A DNA stretch of 64,000 nucleotides from the human T2T-CHM13v2.0 reference genome, Homo sapiens. The translations under genes and the position numbers were made by a program. Where the stretch lies: assembly GCF_009914755.1 (NCBI RefSeq), contig NC_060947.1. The stretch is one strand, 5' to 3'. Below the pieces are notes generated by a model. That model had not been told where the DNA came from and did no database searches. It worked only from the letters and a program-made list of their open reading frames with translations. Shown in pieces: positions 42,044 through 58,569 of the stretch. The number at the start of each line of letters is the position of its first letter. Positions within the stretch are counted from its first letter, which is position 1.

Positions 42044-43239
42044 CCCAGGAGACACAGTCAGCCCCTGCCCCGTGCCTTGCTGAGAGGCTGTGTCAACAGC
42101 GGGCTCTTCCCTGCCACTGGCACAGAAGAAAACCAAGCTGCGTTACCACCCGAGCGACTGTGTGGGAAGACGTATTCTCTGTGTATCAAAGGAATGCGTG
42201 CAAATGATAGGCATTTAGGAAAGGTACTAACATGTAAGGAAAACTTCTCATTACTGGCCACCCAGCTACTCACGTCCGTCCAAATGTTAGCAGGGTATGC
42301 ACTCAGAGCTTTTACTTCTCTATTGGGGTCACGCTTTATCCATAAGTTTGTCACCTGGCCTGTTCACACCAACATGCTACAAGGCATGTTGCGTGTGAGG
42401 AGATGTTCAAAATGCCAGCTGTGCCGGACCACATCGTTACATACGCAGCCTCTTATCTCACCCCGACCTTTGGCAGCTACAAATGACGAAGTGAAGCACC
42501 TTCCCAATGCCAGAGTCATCGCTGAGTGCCCGACTCTCTCTTAGGGTTACGCACCAGGGCTGAGGACGCTGCCTACGGGCTTGCTCCATCCCAGCAAATG
42601 GCCCCCTCGGAAAGGGCAGCATTGCAAGGGCCGCTGTCCTGCACCTTGCCAGCAGAGCGCTCACCTAGGGCTTCATCGGTTGCCATTTTCAGATCACTTT
42701 TTGCTTGCTGTCAGACTTGCTGTTGTTTTAGTTACTGATGAGGGTGAAATGCTTTCTCACTGTGCTTACTGGTCGCCCGCACTGTTCTTGTGCATTGGTC
42801 GGCAGGAGGGGGAGCGCGCATGAACACCAGAGAACGCCACAAGCTCCGGCAGGGATGGGCTTCGTTTGTGGATCAAGGGGCCGCAGCCAATAGGGCAGGC
42901 AGGCTGGTTCCCTCCCAAGAGTAATCCAACCAGTTGTTCTGGAAGCTCAACCTAAGTAAAGCCGAAAAGGAAAACCCTGGAATGCCGTACTTCTGCGCAA
43001 ATGGTATGGTTTTAAATCCTTGGTGTCTGGTGTACGGTCAACCCTACACTGTGCTACCGGAGGAGGGAGGAGGCAGCCCCACCTCCGGGCAGGGCGGTGG
43101 GTCTAGACCAATGCCTGGTGGGTCTAGACCAAGATTCTGACTCGGTTGGTCCAGGGGGCCCAAGCAGGGGTGTTTTTCCAGCTCCCAGGCACTGCTGCTG
43201 CATTTGCCCTCATCTGTGTGCACTGGAACATGTCCCCAT

Positions 43240-43996
<757 letters not shown>

Positions 43997-45054
43997 CCCT
44001 CCCTCCAAAAAAAAAATGTAAAGTGCTCTTGTAGAAAAATTGCAAGATTAGGATTTAAGTGCAGCACCCGTGAGCAGACAAGCTGTCTGTGCCTTTCACA
44101 TTTTCCCAAGTAGAATCTGATGGGCACCTGGCTTGAAGGAGGGGAAAGGTCACTCCCCGCCCCCACACCCCGCCCCCAGATGCTGAGAAAGCCCTCAGGC
44201 CAGGTTAATTTTTAGAAGGCCTCATATCCCAATTCTAGCCAGCCTCACACTGTCAAATAGCAGGAAGCCCTGTGAGGAAGCCTCAGGGTGGATTCACAAT
44301 ATCCCGTTCCCAACCAGGGCAGCTTGGAGGAGGGCAGGAAGGAAGGCCTGGGTGCTGGGGAGTCAACTTCCAACTTTGTTTCCTTTGCTACAATTGCAGG
44401 GTTAATGCCCAGGGCTCTGACACCCCGGGAAATTTCCAGAATCTTGCAAAACAAGTAGAGTCGTCTGTTCTTCCTAATTGGGGCCAGTGTGGGAAATGGC
44501 ATCACAAACTTCTGGAATATGATGAAACAGCCATCACCAGTCACACTGGGCAACAACACTCTTGGTGAAGACAAGAGCACGCTTCGGTGTTAGAAAAAGA
44601 AAAGTGCTCATGTGTGAAGCATCCCTCCCACAGACCACAAGGTGGTCACGACGACTCCAAAGTCAAAGCAGTAAAAGGGGGAAAAAATGGATAAATGTGA
44701 CTACATAAAGAAAAAAAAACTTCGAGGCTGAGAAGCACCAGTAGTTTAGCAGGGTGTGGTGGCGCACGCCTGTGATCCCAGCTACTCGCAAGGCCGAGGC
44801 AGGAGGACTGCTGGAGCTCAGGAGGTGAAGGCTGCAGTGAGCTCTGATTGTGCCACTACACTCCCACCCGGGTGACAGAGACCTTATCTCAAAACAAAAA
44901 ACAAAGAAACACTAGTAGCGAGGTCAAAGCAGGAAAAGATATCTGCAATTTCTATCACAGCCACAAACCCAATCCTGCTCATGGACAAAGAGTTTCTAAA
45001 AGCTGAGCAACAAAAGATAACCCAGTAGAAAAACGGATAAAAGATATGAGCAGC

Positions 45055-45560
<506 letters not shown>

Positions 45561-46417
45561 GAGCAGCCCATTCAGAAGCAGAACTAAAAAAGGTCCTTAA
45601 AGCCTCAGGAAAGATGTTTAAGCTCACTCTTAACAGAGAACTGCATGGCCTAGCGAATGACAAAAACCCAAACGGGCTTTCCCACCTCCTCCTTGGCAAG
45701 GCTAGGGAAATAGGGGGTGGGGAGAGATGGGAAACCAAGCTCCAAGGAGGAAGGGGGCTCAGGTACCATCTACGCCATCGCCCATGCTCAGTGGTGTCAC
45801 TTCTCAGAATCTATGCCAAAGATACGCACGACTAATGCACAAGGATTTTTACTATGCCATTATTTATGGTAACAAAAAGATGGGAAACAACCCAAATGTC
45901 CATCAATAGTGACTGGTTAAATACACATCGGTCTGGCTGCAAAATGGAATAGCATGCAGCCCAAAAGGAGAGCACCCGTGTGCATGGTAAGAGGGCAGCA
46001 CTCCCAGGGCACAGCAGCGGGCGGGTCGGTGTCCGGTGGGAGGAAGAGCTGCCACCCAGCTCTGCCAGGGGAAGCAGTTCTCCCTGAGAGCCCCAGGCCC
46101 CATTCTTGACTTCCCCAGTGCCGGGTGGAGGAAGAGGGAGGGATTAGCCCGAGGCAAGTGGTTCGAGCAGACAGAAGGGAACAAAAAGAGCAGCGAGTCA
46201 GGCCTGATCGGGGCCGCATCTACCCCAAAAGAGGGGACCAGCGGATCAACAGCTGAAGCGTAAGGTGCCGCGGCCAGCTCCTGGGTGGGGCTCCAGGTGG
46301 CATCCCAGTTGTGGCCACCCAGCCCTTCATCCTGGGCTAGGCAGGCGGGAGAGGAAAGCGCAGACTGCACGGTCCCGGGCACGTCCTCGGCAGGCAGTGG
46401 CCTTGCACTGGCCGGCC

Positions 46418-46624
<207 letters not shown>

Positions 46625-46853
46625 TCAATGGCAGGCCTGGTCTCACAGGCCACTCATGTAAGACCAGGAGCCGCCGCTACCACGGCATGCCTCCCTTAGC
46701 CTCGGGGAAGGGGGTGGGCTACCGATGGGGTGGCCTACACGAGCTCCCGCCGTCAAGTCTCCAGAGAGCAACAGGAAGGTCGAACTGTGACCTCCCGCGG
46801 CGCAGCACCTGCCCTCCCCACCCACCTCCTCCCGCAGGCCCAGTTCTCGCTCA

Positions 46854-46943
<90 letters not shown>

Positions 46944-47071
46944 TCAAGCCACGCATTTCTGTAAAGCTCCTTGGCTGGACTAGTGTCAAAGCAGCTCTTG
47001 GAAGCTCAGGTGAGAGGAGAGGGACCACAGTGAGCCCTAACCCAGAACACCAGGAGCCATCCGTCTCCTGT

Positions 47072-47149
47072 GGTCACCACTGGCAACCCCCCAGTGTCGC
47101 ACCCACTGCGGGGTCACCACTGGCGACCCCCCAGTGTCGCACCCACTGC
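47072..47149. repeat. 40-bp tandem duplication in intron 8
   Basis: GGTCACCACTGGC(A/G)ACCCCCCAGTGTCGCACCCACTGC twice. Confidence 0.9.
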
Positions 47150-47152
47150 TCA

Positions 47153-47476
<324 letters not shown>

Positions 47477-47550
47477 TCACCGAGAGGTCTAAGGAGCAGC
47501 ACAAGTGGCTCAGAAGCTTACGAAAGGCCACTACAAAATGATGCCAAAGA

Positions 47551-47865
<315 letters not shown>

Positions 47866-47925
47866 GACGCCAAAGAGACTCTCCAGGTCCCAGTGCCAGG
47901 GTGGGTCAGAGAGGAGGGCCCTCAC

Positions 47926-48069
47926 CTGGGCCTTCAGCACCGGAACGGTCTCCATCACAATCTTGTGCTGCTCGGCCTCCTCCTTCAGCTTATCGATCAC
48001 CTCCTGTTTGGCCACCAGGGCCTCCTCGGCCTGCTGGAGCTGCTGTTTGAGATCTTCCAGCTGCATTCC
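47926..48069 (-). pseudogene. IKBKGP1: IKBKGP1 exon 7 (144 nt)
   Basis: [18 protein letters not shown]...VLKAQ. Confidence 0.95.
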
Positions 48070-49019
48070 CTAAGGACGGGCAAGGGGAGCTGACGGAGCC
48101 TCGTCAGCCCAGGGCGAGGCTGGCTGAGAAGAACTGAGAAGGATGAAAGAGTGGCCCTGGCTGACCAGGCTGGGTGATGCCAGCCCCTGATTTGAGGGCC
48201 CATTGCAGGATCTCAGCGTGCACAGGGAGATGGCTGCGTCCTGTCACGGCCCAAAACGACAGAGGAGATGCTGAGGTTTTTTTCAGGACTGAAGAGGCCG
48301 CTGAGGTCATCTGGTACAACCTCCCAGCTGGGCCGACATTCCCTTCCCAGAATCCCCAGCTCCACAGCCCTCCTCCCACCCTTCACAGGCCACAGGCCAC
48401 ACCCACTCACAGCCAGCCGGTCCTGTGCCCGCCATGTGCACAGCTCAGCTGAGAGCCCTCAGTCCTTCCACTCTGCCACCTGGTCAGAGGTGCACTCCTC
48501 CCACGCAGGCATCTCCAGCCCCCTGAGACACACACAGACACACCCCACCAACGCCCCCCTCCAGAGATTAAGTGGCCAGTTTTGTAGCTAACTCTTCCCC
48601 ATGTGACCTGGCTTCAGGCTTTGTCCTTATAAATCTCCTCTGGGTACACTTACGATTGACGGTGTCCTGCTAAAATGTGATCACTAGCAAACTGCACCCC
48701 AGCTTAGGTCTGATGAGGACAAACTAGGAAAAGGCTCCCAGCCAACACTGGGGTGGAAATGCTGTCGGGCTTACCTTGGCTTGGGGGAAGCTGAGCCAGG
48801 TGCCAGATGGCGATGGCTGGCAAGAGGGAATGTCCATGGAGACAAGACGTCCCCAGCCCCACAGAGGGAGCACCCCAAGGCTCTGGCCCAGCCCCCCATT
48901 AAGATGGCCTGCTGACACTCCTGAGAGCAACATCCTGGGGTTGCCATCTCCCCACAGCTTCCCTGAGCTGTCGCAGCTGCAGCCTGACACAGGTCTAAGG
49001 CAAGTCTAAGGCAGGTCTA

Positions 49020-49289
<270 letters not shown>

Positions 49290-50318
49290 TCACAGGCCTG
49301 GAATGGGGTCTTCCAAGGCTGTGTGAGGACTCCTGAGGCCGTCAACTCTAAAGCAGGCTTTGGTGGGCTGGTCACCAGGCAGTTAATATCGTTTTCCTAA
49401 AAGCTAGTATTTTTAATGTTTATAATAAAATCGCGGCCAGACGCGGTGGCTCACGCCCATAATCCCAACACTTTGAGAAGCCAAGGCAGGAGGATCGCTT
49501 GAGCTCAGGAGTTCAAGACCAGCCCGGGCAACATAGGAAAACGCCACCTCTACCAAAAATGCAAAAATTAGCCAGGTGTGCTGGCCTGCGCCTATAGTCC
49601 CAGCTACCTGGGAGGATCGCTTGAGACCAAGAGGCGGAAGGTACAGTAAGCCGAGATTATGCCACTGCACTCCAGCCTGGACGGTAGAGCAAGACCCTGT
49701 CTTGAAAATAATAGTAATAATACAATGGAACTACCCTGCACTGTTCAAAACTGTGAACTTCACAAACAGCTCAGAAAGGCAGGGGAACTGTTCTAGATTA
49801 AAGGAGACTGAAAAGGCACGCCAAGGACAGGAACCTGAGGTCCCAGATTGGATGCTGGTAGACGGGGGGGTTTGGGGGTATTTTTGTTGTCTTTCTGTTG
49901 CCCAGGCTGGTCTTGGAACTCCCGGGCTTAAGCCATCTACCCACTTTGGCCTCCCAAAGTGTTGGGATTACAGGCGTGAGCCACAGCACCTGGCCTAGAA
50001 GGGGTTTTAAAGGACAAGTCCCCTGATGACCTAGTGGCTAGGAAAAAAAAACTACAAAAAAGGCCACGTGTGGACACGCAGTGAAACGTGGTCTGGAGAG
50101 CAGATGGCATGACTGTATCAAAGACAAACCGGGTGTCATCATGGTCGCCTCTACCGTTAGCAAGGCTAAGGGACAGAATGGGCCCACAGCCACAGGCAGA
50201 ATCTGAAGGAGTCCTCAGAAGGCAGAAAGAACCATGGACCCGACACTTCTCAGCCTTTCGGCTAAGATCAAGTGTAGAACCACAGACCCTGCGGTGCGGC
50301 CCCGCCCCCGCTGACTCA

Positions 50319-50525
<207 letters not shown>

Positions 50526-52227
50526 CTATGCGCAGGGCGTGGGCGGGGGGTGGGGGTCGGCTCTGAACACCCTGTGACTGCGAGCTGATGCCAGGCGGCA
50601 GGGTGGAGGCACCGTCAACAGACACGAGGACAACTGCAGGGGGCCAGGTGGGAGCAGCAGGTGAGGAGCTTTGCTTAAGACGTGTTTGCTTCAATGCAGG
50701 GGCCCAGCAGGTGACCAAGTACAGATGGCAAGGAGACCTGGAAGCCAGGGGAAGGGGGTGGTCCGAGAAAAGGATGGGGTCGCCTGCATCCCGCAGTGCT
50801 GGGGCCAGGTGAGAGGAGCCCTCGGAACTGCCCGTGGAGTTCCACTGGGGGACTGCTGGGGGCCCCAGCAAAAGCAGTCTCAGTGGAGGGGGTCAGGAGA
50901 GACTGCTGTTCCAAAAATGAGAGACTGCCCACCTGGGCGTGCAAGCACTGAGCTCAATGCAGACCGGGCCTCGGCCCCATCCCTGCTGCTGCCCAGAGCT
51001 CTGCTGGAGTCCCAGACGACCTGCTCGGATGCTCAGTTCCCACACCTGCCCCCCTACAGCTCCCTTAACCTCCAGTTTCCAGGGTCTGGCCTCATCCCAC
51101 CACACCAAGCCCTTCCACAGCCTCACTGCAGGGACAATGGTGGGTGCATCTGTCCAGGTCCTGGGTGGCCTCTGGCCACAGGCAGACACGGCCCTTCTCC
51201 AGTCACCCCAACTCTGCCTGGCAGGCCTGGCTGCTTGGCTCTCCCCTCCGCGCCTGCCTGCATACTGCCCCCACACCCTGCACGGGTTCCCTCTGCCCAT
51301 CAGAGCCTGGGTCAAGCTCCCCTCCCCTCTGCCCTGCTGGCTGCCCCAAGTGCACCTTGACCGCCTACTGTGCTGGGATGGCTGGGGCCCCCCTGGCAGC
51401 TGATCCATCTGTCTGGAGGGCAGAAGCAGGACCGAATGAGAACCACAGAAACCTCCCTGCCCTTTGACCCAATGGTCCCACTCACAAGAACCAAGACCCC
51501 TTTGCAAAAGAGAGTAACCAGCAGGCCTGAGGCCACCGGCTGGCAAGGTTGGCCCTTGGCTGGTGAAGTTCCCTTGCCACAGTGACACTTTCTCTAGTGG
51601 TCAGGTCGGTCCCTGCACCTAGGCCATTTGTAGGAAGAACGTGGTTGACGTGAGCACCCGCTCTGCTGCTGGGAGTCGGGGATTTAGGTACCTGCCTGGC
51701 AGAGGGCGCTGACAGGACCTGCCCCCAGTAAACACCCAGGGCGCTGAGTCTCTAGCGGGCATCCCTGGGCAGGAACACGGCCCGTGTGGGAGGCGCTTCT
51801 CACTGTGCCGCTCGCAGGGCAGCGGGAGGCTGGGACAGGGCTTCTCCAACTCCCCCCACGGCTCCTGCCCTGGCGGCTCCTGCCCTGTGCCTTTTTCCCT
51901 GTCATCAACCTCAGCCACGAGGGCGACTGTGCGCCGGTCCCAGAAGTCCTTCCAGAGAACTAGACACTGTGGGTGTGGGCTCGGGGCCCCCAGAATGCCT
52001 CCTAAGGAAATAATCCAAACTCCATCAAAGGGTCACAGAGTGCGGAGAGCCGGCTGGGACCCAGGTCCCGGATGCCTGGCCCAGACCTCTCCCGACGTCT
52101 GCCCCGACGTGTTTACGCAGCCTGCCCCGGTCTATCCTCATCAAGGAGCACCCTGGAGGCCCCTAAACCCACCTCATTGCTTTTGGAAACCCTGGAAGGG
52201 GTCTCCGGAGCCGGCTCCCCCGACTCA

Positions 52228-52635
<408 letters not shown>

Positions 52636-52864
52636 TCAACGGCTTAGTCACTGCCCCGGCAAGCAGGCCTCGAGGGCTGAACCCGGTGGCCTTGCAGCTA
52701 CAGCCCCAGCAGGGGATCTCTCTCCGTCTCTCTGAGACTTGGGACAAAAGGAGGCCAGACACGAATAGGGCAAAGTAAACACAGGCCCCAGTCCACACCC
52801 GGGGCCGCCAGGATGGGAGAGTTTGTGCAGATCAAGAGTGGACACTGAATTTTGTTAAACACTG

Positions 52865-53743
52865 GGAACTGCAGAACCTCTCGGCAGGCACACTGCACTC
52901 AAACCCCTGCCCGAAGACACCCGGCCACCACCTCGCGGGGCCTCTGGGAGCCTAAGGCCGCGCCCCTGGGACGCCCCAGCCCCCTTTTGAGTGAGTTCCC
53001 GTCTGGAAACGCTCAGGGCTGCCCAGAGCATGTACTGTCTGTTCCGGCCAACACCTGACCTCCCTTTCTGACAGCATTTACTACAAAGGGCTTACCCTGT
53101 CCCTTTGAGACATCTGTGTAGCACCCACAACCCAGGGGCTTTCCCGAGGGCCCCGCAGCCACTCCTTGGAAACGGAAACCTCAGGAGGCGCGGGGCCCAG
53201 TCTCCCAGTCTCCACGGGACGGAAGCATCCCAACCTTGGTAAGCACCGGCAGCTCCCACACACGGCTGGCCTCGCGGCAAGGACGCTGGCTGCCCCGTCA
53301 TCTTTCACCTGAGCCTGCACTCGCCCCCTCCCGACTCCCTCCTTCTCCCTTCGCAAGGCCAGGCCGCCTCTGCTGGGGCGGGAACGGAGCTCAGCTCTCT
53401 CCCCCGCAAGCAGGGGTTTCTGAAGAAGATCTCTTTTGCCAGCTTGAACAAAGGCCCGCTTTTGTGTACCTTTGTGTATCTCCGGTGTTCTTGTCAAAAG
53501 AGGAGGACAGGCACAGAGGCCCGCGGGGACAAGGCCACAGGATGACGGAGATGGAGGCTGGAGAGGTGCAGCCGGCGGCCCCCGGCGCCGTGGAGAGGCC
53601 TGGAAGGCAGCTCCCTCGCGGCCCTGGCGGGGAGCCCACCCTGCCGACACCACCGCTAGCTCAGCCTCCAGGCCTCCAGAAGCGGGAGGCCACGCGTTTC
53701 TGTGGCTTCGGCCCCGCAGTCTGTGGTGCTTGGTCACGGCAGC
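52865..53743. repeat. MER67B-containing direct repeat, intron-3 copy
   Basis: Same sequence as 41165-42043. Confidence 0.95.
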
Positions 53744-54466
53744 TGTAGAAAACTCATCCACTTCCCACACAGGAAATCAACGCCTTAAGCCAGGCGCTCT
53801 AAGCCCTGAGTGGAGCGGCGTGCACAGCCCACCATCCACGCCTTTCCCCAGGGGAGTGGAGCCTGGCTGTGGCAAGTGCCAGGTACCCGCCAGCAAGTCT
53901 CCTCTCCAGCACTTCTCTCCACCTTGCCCCTCAAAGGGAGCACGGCCCCTTCCTGACTACCATCGCCAGGATCCTGCGATCAGCCAAGCCCACACACAAA
54001 GACCCTGAAACCAGGCGGTCTGTGCTAATGACACGATTTATGGGGGGAGCCTTGGGCCACACAGCTGGACCTCTGGTGGCTACAGCCGAGTGACCAGGGT
54101 TGGCCACGCAGGCGCTCGGTGCCCACGCGGCCCACCCCCCGTGAAAACCCCGGCCGCCACGGCTGGGGTGAGCTTCCCGGTTGTGACTCCGTGCTCGCTG
54201 TCCCACACTGTTGCCGAAAGAAACAGGTGCCGTCTGCACAACTCCCCTGGGCGAGGAGCCGCTGAAGCTCACGCCTGGTCTCTCCTGGAGCCCGCCCTGT
54301 GCGCCCTGAGCCTTCGCTCACCGTAACCTGTGTCCTTTCCTTGTAATAAACCGGAACTGGGAGTGTGACGGCTTTTCTGAGTTCCGAGCCCTCCCGGCAC
54401 AGCACTGAGCCCCAGGGTGCTTTGGGGGACCCCGACCACGGGTTCCCTTGTGGAACACTGGCGTCA

Positions 54467-54802
<336 letters not shown>

Positions 54803-55029
54803 TCAGAGGCCAGAAGTGGGGCCACCCATCCTGGTGCCCCCACCCGCCATAATACCACGCAGCTTCTCTCAGGGGTGGATGGCGTCTCAACACTCCCTTT
54901 TGTTTCTTTAAACACTTCCAAAATCCTTTACACTAATGCCCCTCACTTTCTGCAAGAAAATAACACCAAACACATCAGCTTCACTTAAAAGTACGTCTCA
55001 AATGTCACTTTAAAAAATTTTTTATTTTT

Positions 55030-55322
55030 GGCTGGGTGGGGTGGCTCACGCCTGTAATCCCAACACTTTGGGAGGCCGAGGTGGGCGGATCATGAGGTCA
55101 GGAGATTGAGACCATCCTGGCTAACATGGTGAAACCCCGTCTCTACTAAAAATATAAAAAATTAGCCGGGCGTGGTGGCGGGCACCTATAGTCCCAGCTA
55201 CTCGGGAGGCTGAGGCAGGAGAATGGCATGAACCCCGGGGGGCAGAGCCTGCAGTGAGCTGAGATAGTGCCACTGCACTCCAGCCTGGGCGACAGAGTGA
55301 GACTCCGTCTCAAAAACAAAAA
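55030..55322 (+). mobile_element. AluY-like element near the presumed duplication edge
   Basis: Full Alu with GAGACCATCCTGGCTAAC diagnostic, abutted by an antisense Alu fragment. Confidence 0.88.
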
Positions 55323-58300
55323 AATTTTTTTTATTTTTGTAGAGACAGGGTCTTGCTCTGTGGCCCAGGCTGGTCTCAAACTCTCGACCCCAAGCGATCT
55401 TCTTGCCTCGGTAGGTACACACGCAAAAACAGATGGCCGCAGCCTTCCACACGGCTGACTCTGCAAACAGCGAGATTCTCCCTCTCCCACAGGGCAGTGC
55501 GCTCGCGGATACTCCTTTCTCTCCATCTCAGGGACTCACCTCTCTGGGTGTCTGCATGGGAGCCTCGCCCATTCCCCCTCCTCACCAACCTGGCCACTCC
55601 GGCGCCCGTGTGGGTGTAAATTGGGGGCATCTTTCAAGACAGGGCAGAAGGAGAACCTGCTCTCTGTCTGCTCTCCACCTCAGGGAGCCCTCCTGCCCTC
55701 TTGCGTTTCCTCCTGGGCCCTTGAGGCCACTTGAGGGAAGAGAGGGGAAGCCTAACACACTGGAGACACAGCTTCAGGAAGGAAGACACAGAGCTGAGCC
55801 AAACAAAGGAGGCCGCTCTGGGAAGCTCAGGGAATGAGGCCCCAGAGGACAGATGAGCATCATGGGCAGAGCGGGGTCAGATTCCCCGTGAATTCAATAC
55901 CTCAGCCAAGCAGGGTTTACATCCTAGGGCAGGAGGGGAAGAGGCAGCTCCAATTAAGGAAGGGCCGCCCTCTGGAGACAGGCCCCGGGTCACTCCGGGG
56001 GTCTCCCTGCAGCGCCTGTGGTGTTGCTCCCAGACTCAGTGGGCCAGCAGGTCCCTACCTGACAGTTACTGTGCTCCTGGATCTTCATCTTTGCTCCCTG
56101 GGCTTCTGCTTTTGTGCCCGTGATGTTGGCTGCAGGGGCCAGTGGCTCAGCACCTGGTCAAAGTTGTTTGGATGCAGTTACAGCTGCAATGCAGCTGGAC
56201 TTCTGAGTCAGCCCGGCCAGGGTCGCGGCCCTGGGGCATGGTGACCTCTCCCGGTGCTGCTTCCCCTGGGGCACGGTGACCTTGCTGGGGCGGGCACATG
56301 CTGGACTCGTGGCCAGGTTTGCCCGGGCCTCCCCGTTTCACCAGGAGTCAAACTCCTCTAACCGCGTGTGACGACCACTCTGCATGTTTGAGAGGACGGA
56401 AGTTAAGTGGACTCTTCAGACTTGACTTGGAATTCTGGAATATGAGGGCTAGAGGGAAGCATTAGGGACCTCTTCACCTGAGGCTGGGGTGTGTTCTGCC
56501 ACAGCCCTGACCCATGCTCCCACCAGCTGTGACAGAGCCCTCAAGGGCTGGAGCGCTCACTGGCTCCCAAGGAATCCCGCTGGCATGACAGGAAGGTCTC
56601 TCTGACATTGCTGCTGGTCTTTCAGTTTTCCTTTGCGCACCTCGGGCTGAAACAGAGCGAGTTCACTGCGTCCCTGCATTCCAGGAAGCTCCCCAGGTCT
56701 CAGCGTCCTCTCTCAGCTTCCATCCGTCCCTGGCCTTGACAGAGAGCCGGGCCTCTCCTAACACACCACCGATCCAGAGGAGAAGGAAGCCGCTCACACC
56801 CTCCGGGGCAGGCATGCGGAGGTGGCATTCGCCTGGCTTCCTGCTGGGACTTCCTCACAGCGTGCCCACGTCTCTTGGAAAAACTCCTCTGCTCTGAGAC
56901 AGAACCGGCTTTGGCACAGCCTGGATGTACCAACCCCCCTCGCCTTCCTCAGTTGTGCAGTGATTTGTTCAGCCTTTCCGCAGCTGGTGGACATTTACAT
57001 TCTAAAAACTATTTACGTGGTGGTGTCATTAAGATGCTGGTGGATTCTACCTCATTTGCATATCCAGGAGTTTCTCAGATGGATTCCTCAAGGTGGGTGG
57101 AAGGGAATGTACATCTTTCCCTTAATAGAAAATGCCAAATAAATGTCCAGATAGATGTTACTACCACTCCTACTGACAGTGTATGAGTCCTCGTTTCCAA
57201 CTACAGCCTTGCCAAGCATTGGAGATTGTCAACTAATATTATTAATCTTACATTAAAATCTGCTATGTTCCCACCGAGCAAATGCTAAAACAAAACTCAA
57301 AGGGATCAAGTTGTCTCCGAGCAACTTAAGAGCATCCCAGAACACAGCTCAAGCATATGTCTGTTTTGCTTTGACAAACAGCCCCTTTCCAACCTAGCTC
57401 TGCCCAAGATGGTGCCAGCGTGACCTCCCGGCAGACAAGACACCTCAGCATGTCATGCAGACCCCACAGCTGCCTGCTCCCTCCCCTGCCTACCATTCAC
57501 GCCAAGTCCTCCTTTAAAAGGCCCTGCTTTCTGCCCCCAATGGGAAGCAGTGCTCTTAAAGGCAGGAGCCTGTACGTCTTCCCCTAAACCAAGCATGGCA
57601 GAAAGTCAGTTTCTTTACAGGAAACCTTGCTCTTGTTCATTAGACTCTGCAAGCAGTAAGAGAATCTGTGTTAACATTACGTGTTTACAAACATTTTACG
57701 CTGTTCACATTTACTATTATTATTACTTTAGAGTCAGGGTCTCGCTCTGTCGCCAAGGCTGGAGCTCAGGGATGCATTCATAGCTCACTGCAGCCTCGAG
57801 ATCCTGGACTCAAGCCACTTTCCCACGTCAGCCTCCTGAGTACCTGGGACTACAGGTTCCTGCCACCACTCCCTCCACCCCTAATTTTTAAATGATTCTT
57901 ATAGAGATAGAATCTCACTACATTGCCCAGGGTGGCCTCCAACTGCAGGTCTCAAGCCATCCTCCCACCTGAGCCTCCCAGAACAATGGGAATACAGGTG
58001 TGGGCCACCATGCCCGGCCCATATCACATGTTTAACAGTGAAATAATGCTGGTTTTATGCATCTATTCAAGTACATGTTTTTGAAGCATTTTTAGAAAGC
58101 ACAAAAGCTCATATGTTCAATGAAAACAATTTGGGAAAAAATTTAATGCTGACCTGGAAAAACATTATATATGCTACTGTCATATATTTAACATATAAAT
58201 GCAAGTATATTGAGGAAAATATTCTAAAATGTCCACAGTAGTTAATGCTGAATGGCGGGACCCAGTGGCTTTTCATTTTCCCCCATTTCCCAAATTGCCT

Positions 58301-58429
58301 CCCGTTACCTTGTGCTACTTCAATCTGTGAATCCCAGAGCCTCCCCTGCAACCCGAGGACAAGGGCATGCAAGTCCGAAGGTGCCTTCGCTCGCCGAAAA
58401 GAGACTCAGACACGGAATCGTAGCTCAGC

Positions 58430-58435
58430 TTTATT
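58430..58435 (-). terminator. CTAG2 polyadenylation signal AATAAA
   Basis: TTTATT on the + strand, paralogous to 24044. Confidence 0.8.
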
Positions 58436-58569
58436 TTCTACAGAAACAAACATGTAAGCCGTCCTCCTCCAGCGACAAACAATCAGGCCCCCACAATGAA
58501 CTGGCCACTCGTGCTGGGACCATTCCCTAGGGGAGGAGGCATGACCTAGGAAGGGGCGCCAGGCTGGGC

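Noticed and set aside
41381-42207. 220-250 aa ORFs duplicated at 53081-53770
   Set aside because: Chance ORFs inside the GC-rich MER67B repeat unit.
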